Below, piece by piece: positions 1 to 12,108 of a stretch of DNA of 64,000 nucleotides. The notes beneath the pieces were generated by a model that saw nothing but the letters and a program-made list of their open reading frames with translations, made no database searches and was not told the DNA's origin. The stretch is taken from the NCBI GenBank assembly GCA_963776755.1, contig CAVZNW010000002.1:269733-333732 (forward strand), given 5' to 3'. Numbering within the stretch: the first letter of the stretch is position 1; each line of letters begins with the position of its first letter. The position numbers and the translations under genes are program-made. The DNA is from an uncultured Acidobacteriota bacterium. Lineage in GTDB: Bacteria; Acidobacteriota; Thermoanaerobaculia; UBA5066; Gp7-AA6.

Positions 1-995
1 GGCGCCGCTGGAACGGGGTCTCCCGCCGGGACCGCTGGGCGCTCGTCGGCGGGCAGCTCGTGACCCCGGTCGAGCAACGCGACCCGCCGTTCTGGGTCTG
101 GAACGCGGCGCTGTCCCAGCTCTACATGTCGTCGTATCACCTGGCTCCGGAGTCCCTCGGCGCCTACCTCGACGCGCTCCAGCGGGCCCGCATCGACTAC
201 CTCGTGGGCTACTCCTCGTCGCTCTACGCGCTGGCCGTCGGGGCGCTGGCGGCCCGGCGCCGGCTGCCCATGAAGGTGGCGGTGACCAACGCCGAGCCGC
301 TCTTCGACTACCAGCGCGAGGCGATCGGCGCTGCCTTCGACTGCCCGGTCCGCGAGACCTACGGCATGGCCGAGATCGTGGCGGGCGCGAGCGAATGCGG
401 GTCGGGCCGGCTGCACCTCTGGCCGGAGGTCGGATGGGTGGAGGCGGGCGGCGGCGGGGCGGGCGAGCCTGCGGACCTCATCGCCACGGGGCTCCTCAAC
501 GCCGACATGCCCCTGATCCGGTATCGGGTCGGGGACCGCGCGGCGCTGTCGCCGGCGTCCCTCGCCGGGTGCGCCTGCGGCCGGACGCTGCCGACGCTCG
601 ACGCGATCGAGGGCCGCGCCGACGACGCGCTGTACACCGCGGACGGCCGCCGCATCGGCCGCCTCGATCCGGTCTTCAAGTCGCGGCTGCCGATCGTCGA
701 GGCGCAGATCGTGCAGGAGTCGCTGCGGCGTCTCGTCGTACGCTACGTGCCGGCGGAGGGATTCGACCCGGCGGCCGCGACGGCGATCGCCGACCGTCTC
801 CGGGAACGGCTGGGCGACGTCGCGGTGGTCCTGGAGGAAGTCCGCGCGATCCCGAGGGACGGCAACGGCAAGTTCCGCGCCGTCGTCTGCGCGCTGCCGC
901 GGGAAGAGCGCGCGGCGCTGGAGGCCGACTTCCGGCGCCGGAGCGGCGAGGTTCGGGATTCGAGGACGGCGAAGAGAACGGAAATGGGAGGGTAG
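1..995 (+). CDS. Phenylacetate-CoA ligase-like adenylate-forming enzyme (CapK/PaaK family), 5' truncated
   Basis: ORF 60-995 is open from the window edge. Motifs TNAEPL, ETYGMAE, MPLIRYRVGD, IEGRADD and GKFRAV are typical of PaaK/CapK-like proteins in polysaccharide clusters. Confidence 0.8.
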   Translation, partial: RRWNGVSRRDRWALVGGQLVTPVEQRDPPFWVWNAALSQLYMSSYHLAPESLGAYLDALQRARIDYLVGYSSSLYALAVGALAARRRLPMKVAVTNAEPLFDYQREAIGAAFDCPVRETYGMAEIVAGASECGSGRLHLWPEVGWVEAGGGGAGEPADLIATGLLNADMPLIRYRVGDRAALSPASLAGCACGRTLPTLDAIEGRADDALYTADGRRIGRLDPVFKSRLPIVEAQIVQESLRRLVVRYVPAEGFDPAAATAIADRLRERLGDVAVVLEEVRAIPRDGNGKFRAVVCALPREERAALEADFRRRSGEVRDSRTAKRTEMGG

Positions 996-1042
996 TGTGG
1001 GGAATGGCATTGAGACTTCTGTGAAAGGACACTAGGACCCGC

Positions 1043-2353
1043 ATGCGTGTTCTCGTCTGGGGCCTCGGCTACGTGGGCACGGTCACCGCGGCCTGCCTGG
1101 CCGAAATGGGTCATGACGTCGTCGGTGTCGATCCGAGCGTGCCGAAGGTCGACGCGATCAACGCCGGCCGGAGCGCCATCAAGGAGCCCGAGCTGCCCGA
1201 GCTGGTGGCGCGCGGGGTTTCGGCGGGCCGCCTCAAGGCGGCGGCCGAGGGCGCGTCGCGGGTCGCCGAGGCGGACTTCTCGCTCGTCTGCGTCGGCACG
1301 CCCTCCGCGGCCGACGGCAGCCCGGTGCTCGACTTCCTGCGCCGCGTGGCGGAGGACATCGGCCGCGGCCTGCGGAGCTCGGCTCGGCCGCACGTGGTCA
1401 TCGTGCGCAGCACCGTGTTTCCGGGAACGACGCGAAGCGTCTTCCTCCCGATTCTCGAGCAGCATTCGGGCCGGAAGGCCGGGGCCGGGTTCGGCCTCGT
1501 CTTCAACCCCGAGTTCCTCCGGGAGACGACGGCCGTCCGCGATTTTCACGATGCGCCCTACACGGTGATCGGCGAGCTCGACGAGGCCTCGGGCGCGGCG
1601 GCGGCGTCGCTGTTCGAGCGGCTCTCGGCGCCGGTGCACCGCGTGGCGCTCGAGGAGGCCGAGCTCCTGAAGCTCGCCAACAACGCGTTTCACGCGCTCA
1701 AGGTCGGCTTCGCCAACGAGATCGGCCGGCTCGGGGCGGCCCTGGAGCTCGACGCCGCGGCCGTGATGCAGCTCGTCTGCGCCGACCGCAAGCTCAACAT
1801 CTCGCCCGCGTACCTGAAGCCGGGCTTCGCCTTCGGCGGCTCCTGCCTGCCGAAGGACCTGCGTTCGCTGGTGCACCACGGCGAGCGCCGCGGCGTCCAG
1901 CTCCCGATCCTGCGCGGGGTCCTGCAGAGCAACCGCGAGCAGATCGAGGCCGCGCGCGTGCGGATCTCGGACCTCAACGTGCGGCAGATCGCGATCCTCG
2001 GCCTCGGCTTCAAGGCCGGCACCGACGACCTGCGCGAGAGCCCCGTCATCGCCCTGATCCGGGATCTCTGGCAGGACGGCCTCGACCTGCGCGTCCACGA
2101 CCCGGACATCCGGCTCGAGGAGATGCTCGGCAGCAACCGGGAGTACCTGCAGCGCCAGCTGCCCCAGATCCGGGAAATCCTCCGCGAGCGTGTCGAGGAC
2201 TGCCTCGAGGGCTGCGAAGCGGTCGTCCTCACGCAGCGCCGCCCCGGGTTCGAGGACGCGGTCGTCCGGCTCGCCCCGGGCGTGCCGCGCGTCGACCTCT
2301 TCGGCGCGGGGCCGGCGGGGTCGCGGCAGGCGGCGGGGTCGCATGAGCGCTGA
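1043..2353 (+). CDS. UDP-glucose/GDP-mannose dehydrogenase family nucleotide-sugar dehydrogenase
   Basis: Intact ORF with GLGYVG Rossmann motif, CVGTP, RSTVFPGT, NPEFLRE, catalytic GGSCLPKD and FKAGTDDLRESP. Confidence 0.93.
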   Translation: MRVLVWGLGYVGTVTAACLAEMGHDVVGVDPSVPKVDAINAGRSAIKEPELPELVARGVSAGRLKAAAEGASRVAEADFSLVCVGTPSAADGSPVLDFLRRVAEDIGRGLRSSARPHVVIVRSTVFPGTTRSVFLPILEQHSGRKAGAGFGLVFNPEFLRETTAVRDFHDAPYTVIGELDEASGAAAASLFERLSAPVHRVALEEAELLKLANNAFHALKVGFANEIGRLGAALELDAAAVMQLVCADRKLNISPAYLKPGFAFGGSCLPKDLRSLVHHGERRGVQLPILRGVLQSNREQIEAARVRISDLNVRQIAILGLGFKAGTDDLRESPVIALIRDLWQDGLDLRVHDPDIRLEEMLGSNREYLQRQLPQIREILRERVEDCLEGCEAVVLTQRRPGFEDAVVRLAPGVPRVDLFGAGPAGSRQAAGSHER

Positions 2354-3626
2354 GCCGGTGAAGGCCCGCCGCTGGCTCGTCGTGAGCCAGTACTACGCGC
2401 CCGAGATGGGAGCGCCCCAGATCCGCCTGAGGTGCGTCGTGCGCGAGCTCCGCCGCCACGGCATCGCGGTCGAGGTGCTCACCGCGCTGCCCAACTATCC
2501 CGCCGGCGTGATCTTCGACGGATATCGGGGCCGATGGTCGGTCCGCGAGACGATCGACGGCGTCGACGTGCATCGCACCTGGGTGCACGGCGCCACCGGC
2601 AAGTCGGCGAGGGCGCGGCTGGCGAACTACTTCAGCTTCACGCTGTCGGCCCTGCTCGCCGTCGCGCGGGCCCCGCGCCCGGACCTCATCTTCCTCGAGT
2701 CGCAGCCGCTGTCGCTCGGCGTCGTCGGCCTGTTTGCGAAGTGGTTCCGGGGCGTGCCGTACGTCTACAACGTGCCGGACCTGCAGGTCGACGTGGCGCG
2801 GCAGATGGGGTTCCTCCGCAACGAGACGCTGCTGAAGGTGGCCACCGGGCTCGAGAACCTCTTCCTTCGCCGGGCCGAACGGGTCTCGACCGTGACCGAG
2901 GACTTCATGCGCCACTTCGTCGGCCGGGGCGTCGAGGCCGATCGCGTGACCTTCCTGCCCAACGGCGCCGACACGGAATTCCTGCGGCCGCGGGACCCGG
3001 ACCCGGCCCTGCTGGAACGGTGGGGCCTGAGGGGCAAGAAGGTGTTCCTCTACGTCGGAACGCACGCCTTCTACCACGGGCTCGACACGCTCATCGAGGC
3101 GGCAGAGAAGCTCAAGGACCGCGGCGATCTCGCGTTCCTGCTGGTCGGCGACGGCCCGGAACGGCCGCGCCTGAAGCGACTCGCCGAGGAGAAGGGGCTG
3201 AAGAACGTCGTCTTCGGAGCCTCGCCGTACGACGAGATGGACCGTCTCTACTCGATCGCCTGGGCTTCGGTCGCGACCCTGCGCAACATCGAAGTGGCCA
3301 AGGGGATGCGCCTCTCGAAGATCTTCCCGTCGCTGTCCTGCGCGGTGCCGGTCGTCTACGCGGGCGCGGGCGAGGCCGCGGGAATCCTGCGCGACCGCCG
3401 GTGCGGCGTGGTGACGCCGCCCGAGGACTCCGGGGCGCTCGCGGCCGCGCTCGCCGCCCTCGCGGACGATCCCGCGCGGCGGGCGGCGATGGGGAGGGCG
3501 GGCCGGGACCTCGTCCTCGCGGACTACAGCTGGAAGACGATCGTCGAACGGTGGCTTGAGCAGATCGGATGGATGGGGAAGGCCGAGGAGAGCGGGGATG
3601 TCGCGTCCCGAAGCGCCGGGCGCTGA
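2343..3626 (+). CDS. Glycosyltransferase family 4 (WcaI/WbuB-like)
   Basis: ATG at 2343 overlaps the upstream stop. Motifs SQYYAPEMGA, TALPNYP, YNVPDLQ, FLPNGAD, LVGDGPE and SKIFPSLSCAVPVV. Confidence 0.88.
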   Translation: MSAEPVKARRWLVVSQYYAPEMGAPQIRLRCVVRELRRHGIAVEVLTALPNYPAGVIFDGYRGRWSVRETIDGVDVHRTWVHGATGKSARARLANYFSFTLSALLAVARAPRPDLIFLESQPLSLGVVGLFAKWFRGVPYVYNVPDLQVDVARQMGFLRNETLLKVATGLENLFLRRAERVSTVTEDFMRHFVGRGVEADRVTFLPNGADTEFLRPRDPDPALLERWGLRGKKVFLYVGTHAFYHGLDTLIEAAEKLKDRGDLAFLLVGDGPERPRLKRLAEEKGLKNVVFGASPYDEMDRLYSIAWASVATLRNIEVAKGMRLSKIFPSLSCAVPVVYAGAGEAAGILRDRRCGVVTPPEDSGALAAALAALADDPARRAAMGRAGRDLVLADYSWKTIVERWLEQIGWMGKAEESGDVASRSAGR

Positions 3627-4353
3627 CGCGGCGGCGGCCGCCGCGGCCGACCGCGCAGCCGCCGAGCGGGAGCGCATCGAAGCCGAGTACCGCCGGCGCG
3701 AGGCGGAGATCGACCCGGATCGGTACGCCGCGTGGCAGCCCGCGGAGCTCTTCTTCCGGAGCGAGCGGCGCCGCGTGGCGGCGGAGCTGCTGCGCAGGGC
3801 CGGGGTCTTCCCGCGGCCGGGGGACGACTGCCTGGAGATCGGGTACGGCGCCCTGGGCTGGATGGGGGAGCTTCTCTGCTTCGGCCTGCGGGAAGCCGAT
3901 CTGCACGGCATCGAGCTCGATCCGGTGCGCTTTGCCCGGGCGAAGGAAGCGCTCCCCGCGGCGGACCTGCGGCAGGGCGACGCGTCCGCGCTGCCGTGGC
4001 CCGCGGCGACGTTTCGCCTCGTCATCGCTTCGACGCTGATGTCCTCGATTCTCGACGAGGCCATGCGCCGACAGATCGCCCGGGAGATGACCCGGGTCCT
4101 CGCGCCCGGAGGCGCCGTCCTCTGGTACGACTTCACCGTCAACAACCCCGCCAATCCCCACGTCCGCGGGATCCGATCCCGCGAGGTCGCCGCGCTCTTT
4201 CCCGGCCTGAAGAACCGCGCGCACCGGACCGTGACGCTGGCGCCGCCCGTCGCCCGCCGCGTGGCCCCCTGGAGCTGGCTCGCCGCGAGCGTTCTCGAAG
4301 CGCTTCCCTTTCTTCGCACGCACCTGCTGACGGTGCTCGTAAAGGAGTCCTGA
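3598..4353 (+). CDS. Class I SAM-dependent methyltransferase
   Basis: LEIGYGALG motif I, LHGIELD, GDASALPW, and LAPGGAVLWYDF. Confidence 0.85.
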   Translation: MSRPEAPGADAAAAAAADRAAAERERIEAEYRRREAEIDPDRYAAWQPAELFFRSERRRVAAELLRRAGVFPRPGDDCLEIGYGALGWMGELLCFGLREADLHGIELDPVRFARAKEALPAADLRQGDASALPWPAATFRLVIASTLMSSILDEAMRRQIAREMTRVLAPGGAVLWYDFTVNNPANPHVRGIRSREVAALFPGLKNRAHRTVTLAPPVARRVAPWSWLAASVLEALPFLRTHLLTVLVKES

Positions 4354-5611
4354 ATGAAGGAGTCGGTCCCTTACTTTCGCCCGGAGATCGGTGAGGACGA
4401 GGTCCAGGAGGTGGTTTCGGCGCTGCGCTCGGGCTGGCTGACGACCGGGCCGCGCGTCAAGCGCTTCGAGGACGAGTTCGCGGCGGCAGTCGGCGCGCCG
4501 CACGCGGTTGCCGTCAACTCGTGCCACCGCGGCCCTCCACCTGGCCGTCGAGGCGCTCGGCCTGAAGGCGCGGCGAGGCCGTCCTCGTCCCGACCATGAC
4601 GTTCGCCGCCACGGCCGAGGTCGTGCGGTACCTCGGCGCCATCCCGATCCTGGTCGACTGCGACCCGGTGACGCTCAACATCGACCTCGACGACGCCGAG
4701 CCGCAAGCTCGACGCGCTCGCGGCGGCGCAGGCTCCCGGCGAAGGTCTCCTGCGGGCGGCCCGGTCGGGATCATCCCGGTCCACGTCGGCGGCCTGATGA
4801 TGGACATCGCCCGCACTCCGCGCCTTCGCCGAAGCGCACAGCGGCTCTGGGTCGTCGAGGACGCCGCGCACGCGTTTCCGGCGGCCTGGCGGCCGCCGCG
4901 GCGGGCGCCTGGCAGCGCTGCGGCGAGCGACACGTCGGCCGTCAGCTGCTTCTCCTTCTACGCCAACAAGACGATCACGACCGGCGAAGGGGGCATGGCG
5001 GTCACGGCCGACGCCCGAGCTCGCCGAGCGGATGCGGCTGCATGTCGCTCCACGGACTGTCGCACGACGCCTGGAACCGCTACAGCGGCGGCGGCAAGCT
5101 GGGACTACCGGATCGTCGCGCCCGGGCTTCAAGTACAACCTGACGGACGTCGCGGCGGCGATCGGCATCCACCAGCTCGCGCGCGCCGAGGCGATGCGCC
5201 AGGAGCGCGAGACGATCGCCGGCGGCTCTACCGCGACGCCTGGCCGGACATCGACGAGGTGGAGCTGCCGCCTGGCCGGACGACCGGGTCCACGCCTGGC
5301 ACCTGTTTCCGATCCGGCTGCGGCTCGATCGGCTCGCGATCGACCGCGACGCCTTCATCGACGAGCTCAAGGCCCGCGGCGTCGGCTGCTCCGTCCACTG
5401 GCGGCCGCTGCACCTCCACCCTACTACGAGGAGACGTTCGGCTGGAGGGCGGAGGACCTGCCCGTGGCCACGCGCGTCTGGGAACAGCTCGTGAGCCTTC
5501 CCCTCTTTCCGGGCATGCGGCCGGGAGAGATCGCGCACGTGGTCGGAAACCGTGCGCGCCATCGCTCGCGAGCACGCGGCCGCCGCGCGTGCCGCGACGG
5601 GGAGGCCCTGA
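4354..5611 (+). CDS. DegT/DnrJ/EryC1/StrS family PLP aminotransferase (reconstructed across frameshifts)
   Basis: [58 protein letters not shown] and LSLPLF are found in successive frames. Confidence 0.88.
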
Positions 5612-6258
5612 ACATCCAGAGCCCGTCCGCGGCCCCGCGCTCGGGCGGCGGACTTCCGCGCTGGGTCGAGGTCCCGATGGCACTCGTCGGCCTGGCGGCG
5701 GCGGCGCCCATCATCGCCGCCGCGGGAATCGCGATCGCCGCCGGCAGCGGCCTTCCCGTGTTCTTTCGCCAGGTCCGCGTCGGGCGCCATGGAAGGCCCT
5801 TCACGCTCGTGAAGCTGCGGACGATGCGGGGGGCGGCGAGCGGGCCGCAGGTCACCTCCCGCGGCGATGCGCGCATCACCCCCGTCGGTCGCTTCCTGCG
5901 TCGGACCAAGCTCGACGAGCTGCCCGAGCTCTGGAACGTCCTGCGCGGCGAGATGTCGTTCGTCGGCCCCCGGCCGGAAGTGCCCGGCTACGTCGACGCC
6001 GCGGACCCCGTTTGGGCCGAGATCTTGCAGGTCCGTCCAGGTCTGACGGACCCGGTGACAATCCGTTTGAGAGACGAGGAGGGACTGCTGGAGAAAGTCG
6101 AAGGCGACAGGGAGCGGTACTACAAGGAAACCCTTCAGCCCATTAAACTTAAGGGCTACCTGGACTACCTCGGGGCCAGGACGTGGAGGTCGGACGTTCG
6201 CGTGATTTTCGAGACTCTCGGGGCCGTCCTCCGCACGAAAGGGTCACCGGCATCTTGA
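5608..6258 (+). CDS. Phosphoglycosyl transferase (Bac_transf, PglC/WcaJ-like)
   Basis: FFRQVRVGRHGRPFTLVKLRTM, RITPVGRFLRRTKLDELPELWNVLRGEMSFVGPRPE and VRPGLTD. The start is uncertain (possible CTG at 5608 overlapping the upstream TGA). Confidence 0.88.
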   Translation: MNIQSPSAAPRSGGGLPRWVEVPMALVGLAAAAPIIAAAGIAIAAGSGLPVFFRQVRVGRHGRPFTLVKLRTMRGAASGPQVTSRGDARITPVGRFLRRTKLDELPELWNVLRGEMSFVGPRPEVPGYVDAADPVWAEILQVRPGLTDPVTIRLRDEEGLLEKVEGDRERYYKETLQPIKLKGYLDYLGARTWRSDVRVIFETLGAVLRTKGSPAS

Positions 6259-6283
6259 AAATCTTGCTCCATTGCCTTACCGT
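6255..6283 (+). promoter_or_regulatory. Possible sigma70-type promoter for the dehydratase gene
   Basis: TTGAAA (6255-6260), a 17 nt spacer and TACCGT (6278-6283) in an AT-rich patch. Confidence 0.35.
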
Positions 6284-6421
6284 TTCACGTTCAAATCAAA
6301 TGAGTTCAGCCGCCGTCGGGCGGGGAGGAACGAGTGCCGCGGCGCCGCGACATTCCTTCATCCCCTTCCCGGAAGCGAATCGAGTGAGCGCCGGACTCCA
6401 ACGGCAGAGGGCGGATTTGTC

Positions 6422-8372
<1,951 letters not shown>

Positions 8373-8432
8373 GCGCCTTTCCGCGCGGCTGTCCCTTGGA
8401 TGTCCCGACCGGGGCCAAGCCTCGCGCGGGCC

Positions 8433-9930
8433 TCAGCGCCCGGAGGGCCGCTCGACCGTGCGCGGCGCCCTCGGATCGGGCGCCGAGGTCTCGGGCCCCC
8501 GGCGAGCGTGCTCCGTCGTGATCAGGACGAAGGCGTTGAACTCCGGCCCGGTGGGCGGCGGGGCGGGCCAGCCGACCGGCGCGGCGACCGTCAGTCCCGC
8601 CATCGGAATCGAAACCGGGCCGCTCTCGTAGGTTCCCGCCACGACCGGCTCGCCGAAGAAGTCCTGGACGTTGCGGATCTCGAAGCGGTCGCCGGGCGCG
8701 AGGATCGCGCCGAGGTCGACGTCGACGGCGGACTTCAGGTCCCAGTTGTAGATCGTGATGTTGGCGCGGCCCGGCTCGTACTGGTTGGGGCGGAGGAAGA
8801 TGCGCTGGCCGGTCGGGCGTTGAGCCAGGTAGTCGTTCTCCGGGTAGTGCGCCGGTGCGACGCCGGCGACGGAGCCCAGGAACGTGTTGCCCGTCATGGA
8901 AACAGGGAGGCACTTCACGAAGACCACGCCGTTGGATGCGTAGTTGTCGGTGACCACCGCGTCGGTGCACCCCGCCTGGAAACCCACGTCGAGCGCCGAG
9001 ACCGGGCCGCCCGTCGGGTAGTAGAGGAGGTTGTCCCGGATCGTCGGGCTCCTCGCGACGCGACCGCCGCCGAGCAGGAGATTGCGACCGCCGGACGACG
9101 ACAGGTCGCCGGAGTTGAACACCGTGTTGCCTTCGATGTCGAAGTTGTCGAGGGGCGCGGCGTCGGAGCCATAGGCGTGGATTCCGTGGCTGAATCCGGA
9201 AAATATGATGTTGTCGGCGATGCGCTTGGTGCCGGTTTCGTTCTGCGTGTAGATGCCGTGGCCGTGGCCGCGGTCGGCCGATTCCCAGCCGTTGTAATAG
9301 ATCAGCGAGCCGTAGACCTCTCCGTCGATCGCCTCTTTCCAGAAGCTGACCCCTTGCCGCGTGTCGTGCAGAACGAGATTGATGAAGCGCAGGCCCGGCC
9401 CGGTCGTGGAGCCCTGGTTCGTCAGGACGGCCTCGCCCCTGGGAATCTCCGAGCCGGACGGCCACGAGCCCGTCGAGGAGGTCTGTCGGAGCGGATCGGA
9501 GCTGGTGACTTCGAACCCCCAGTACCAGGTGTACGACCCTTCGACCGTCAGGATCGCGGATCCATTGGTGGCGCCGCCATCCAGAGTCGCTCGTTCTCCC
9601 GGAAGAGCCCGGACGATGATCGGACGATCCGCGGCCCCCTCGAGTCGGCTTCGGTAGGCCCCCGCGTAGGTTCCTCCGCGGAGCCAGATGGTGTCGCCGG
9701 CCTCGACCCCGGAGGAGCCCGACAGCGCAGTCGCGAGGTCCCACGGGTCCCCTGCGGTCCCGCGGCCCTGGGGACGCCCCGTGGGCGACGCATAGAACGA
9801 GCTGCCCGGAACCGGTCGAGGAGACCGTCGTGAGTGCGGATTCGCTCGCAGCCGTCTGTGCGCCGGCCGAACAAAGCACGCTGGCGCTGCAGGCGAGCAG
9901 CCCGACCGCAATTCTCGTGCGGGGATTCAC
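8433..9930 (-). CDS. Secreted right-handed parallel beta-helix protein, paralog 1 (no SLH)
   Basis: GTG at 9930 gives a signal peptide (NPRTRIAVGLLACSASVLCSAGA) that joins ORF 8433-9911 through one indel near 9800. [27 protein letters not shown] and GHGHGIYTQN fit the DUF1565/pectate-lyase-like fold. Confidence 0.78.
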
Positions 9931-9942
9931 GCTGGGATTGTA
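9931..9942 (-). promoter_or_regulatory. -10 element positioned for a leaderless transcript
   Basis: On the minus strand, TACAAT (9942-9937) is followed by 6 nt and then the GTG start at 9930. There is no Shine-Dalgarno. Confidence 0.55.
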
Positions 9943-10092
9943 CGGCCAAGCGGGGGTTCGGAGTGTGAGCCCGACCACGGGGTCCGTTACCCCAGGGCTG
10001 ACAGGGACCTACCGCCCTTAGGGATGGGTTAAGGACCCGAACGAGATCGTCGCCAGGTCGCCGGCCGGCACACGGAGCGCGGGATCCGAGGC

Positions 10093-12004
10093 TTACGGGG
10101 TGAGGGCGAAGGTCCGGACGAGCAGGGTTGCCATGGGACCCCGTTTGACGGGCGCCGCGGGGCAAAAGCGGCCGCCCCCGCAGCCCGAGCTGATTCCCCG
10201 GTTCGCAAGGTCCTCGATCCAGGCTGCGGCGAAGGCGTTGGCCGGGACGTCCGAAAAGACGGTCCCCGTCGCGGCCGGTGGCGCGTACGCTGCGCCGAGA
10301 CTCGATCGCAGCAGGAAAATTGCCATCTGTGCCCGGCTGATCGCCGAGCCGGGGCAGTAGATGTTGGTGCCGCATCCGCCGGTGATCCCTTCCGAGGCGA
10401 GCGCCTCGATCCAGTCCGCGGCGAAGGCGTTGGCCGGAACGTCGTCGAAGACCGCACCCGAAGCCGGGGCCGGAACCTAGGCCGCAGCCATGCGCGCTGC
10501 GGAGCAGGAACACCGCCATCTGGTCACGGCGAACGACCTGGTCGGGCAGTAGTCGCCGCTGCCGCAGCCGGCGGTCACCCCGGCGGCCGCGAGAGTCACG
10601 ATGTCGTCGTGATGGGGGTTGGATGGGAACACGTCCAGGAACTCGTTCGGGCCTGGAGCCGCAATGCAGGACATATGCGTTGAAATCGGGGCCTGTGACC
10701 GCGGGCGCGGGCCAGCCGACCGGCGCGCTCGGCGCCAGATTCGTCGGGAGCGAGATCGGAGATCCGTCGTACGTTCCCGACACGACGGGGAAGCCGAACA
10801 TGTCCTGCGCGTTGCGGATTTCGAAGGCCTGGCCGGACGGTGAGGATCGAGCTGAGATCGACGGAGACGGACGACAGCGCGTCCCAGTTGAACACCGTGA
10901 TGTGCGCGCGACCCGTCTCGTACTGGTTCGGCCGCAGGAAGACCTTCACGCCCGTCGGCCGGGAGGAGTAGAAGCTGTTGTCCGGGAACTGGCCCGGCGT
11001 GAATCCCTGGATCGAACCGTAGAAGCGTGTTGCCGGTGATGGTCATCGAGCTGCAATACACGGCGACGTTGTTGGCGATGTAGTTGTTCGTCACCGTCGG
11101 ACTCTGGCAATTCGACCCGAACAGGCCGAGCTTGAGCGCCGTGGTGGGGCCGCCGGCGTAGTAGAGCGAGTTGCTGATCAGCTTCGGGTTCAGGGTCTGA
11201 CCCTCACCTCCGACCAGCACGTTCCGCGTGAAATCGCCGCCGATCCCGTTCAGGAAGATCGTGTTGCCCTCGAGGCTCGATGTCGTCGACGTACGCCGCG
11301 GACGAACCGTAGAACTGGGCGCCCTCTCCGAAGTTGGAAGAAGACGATGCTGTCGGTCACCCTCTTGGTGTTCCCGGCATTGGTTCTGGCCGTAGACGCC
11401 GTGGCCGTGCCCGTCGTCCGGGCGCTGCCAGCCGTTGTAGTAGACGATGCTGCCGTAGATCTCGGAGTTCGTCGCTTCGTCCCAGAAGCTGAAGCCCTGG
11501 CGCGTGTCGTGGACGATCATGTTGATGAACTTCAGGCCGTCGTGGGTGCGTGCTCTGGTCGATCACGACGCCCTCGCCGCGCGGGATCTCCGTCCCGTTG
11601 GGGCCGGGGCCGGACACGGAGGAGACCCGGTCCGTGTTCGAGGACATGACCTCGAAGCCCCAGTACCAGGTGTAGGCCCCCTTCACGAAGAAGATCGGCA
11701 GCCCGCTGGAATTGCCGCCGTCGATGATCGCGCGCTCGCCGGGGTATTGCCGAACGATGATCGGATTGGTCGCGCCGCCCGTCAACTTGCTCGTGTACCG
11801 CCCCGGGTACGTGCCGCCCCGCAGCCAGATCGTGTCGCCGGGCTGGACGGCGCCGGGTTGATCGAGCGCCGTCTGCAGCTTCCATGGACTGGCGAGGCTG
11901 CCGTTGCCGCTCCCGCTGGCGGCGGGCGAAACGTAGAAATCCGAGGCGGCGGCGAACGAGGCGCAGAGAGCCAGGGCCGCTGCACCGACGATCCGCTGAC
12001 TCAT
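10093..12004 (-). CDS. Secreted beta-helix protein, paralog 2, with three C-terminal SLH repeats (frameshifted)
   Basis: Signal peptide MSQRIVGAAALALCASFAAA, the same beta-helix head as paralog 1, then three repeats of F.DV....WIE.LA..GI..GCG...YCP....R.QMA.FL at about 10093-10650. Confidence 0.8.
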
Positions 12005-12033
12005 GTTCCGATGTTACGCAGGCGCGGCCCCGA

Positions 12034-12069
12034 AGGCTACTGTCCCTTCAAGCGTTCCGTGGGACAGGT
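12034..12069 (-). promoter_or_regulatory. Conserved upstream motif pair ACCTGTCC ... CAGTAGCCT
   Basis: Plus-strand AGGCTACTG (12034-12042) and GGACAGGT (12062-12069). Both elements recur at 15084-15092 and 15111-15117 at nearly the same distance from the paralog's start codon. Confidence 0.55.
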
Positions 12070-12108
12070 TCCGCGGCCTTGCGGCCGCTGGCCACAGGGG
12101 CAGGCGCG

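Noticed and set aside
10009-10016. GGCGGTAG on the minus strand as an ops/JUMPstart element
   Set aside because: It lacks the downstream nnTG of ops, lies upstream of the proposed -10, and no RfaH-like paralog is in the window. An 8-mer like this is expected by chance in GC-rich DNA.
10477-10479. In-frame TAG at a Tyr position inside the SLH region of paralog 2 (possible amber recoding)
   Set aside because: It sits a few nt from an indel, the paralogous repeats have TAC/TAT here, TAG is used as a normal stop elsewhere (tuf copy 2, rplE, secY), and no pyl genes are visible. A miscall is more likely.
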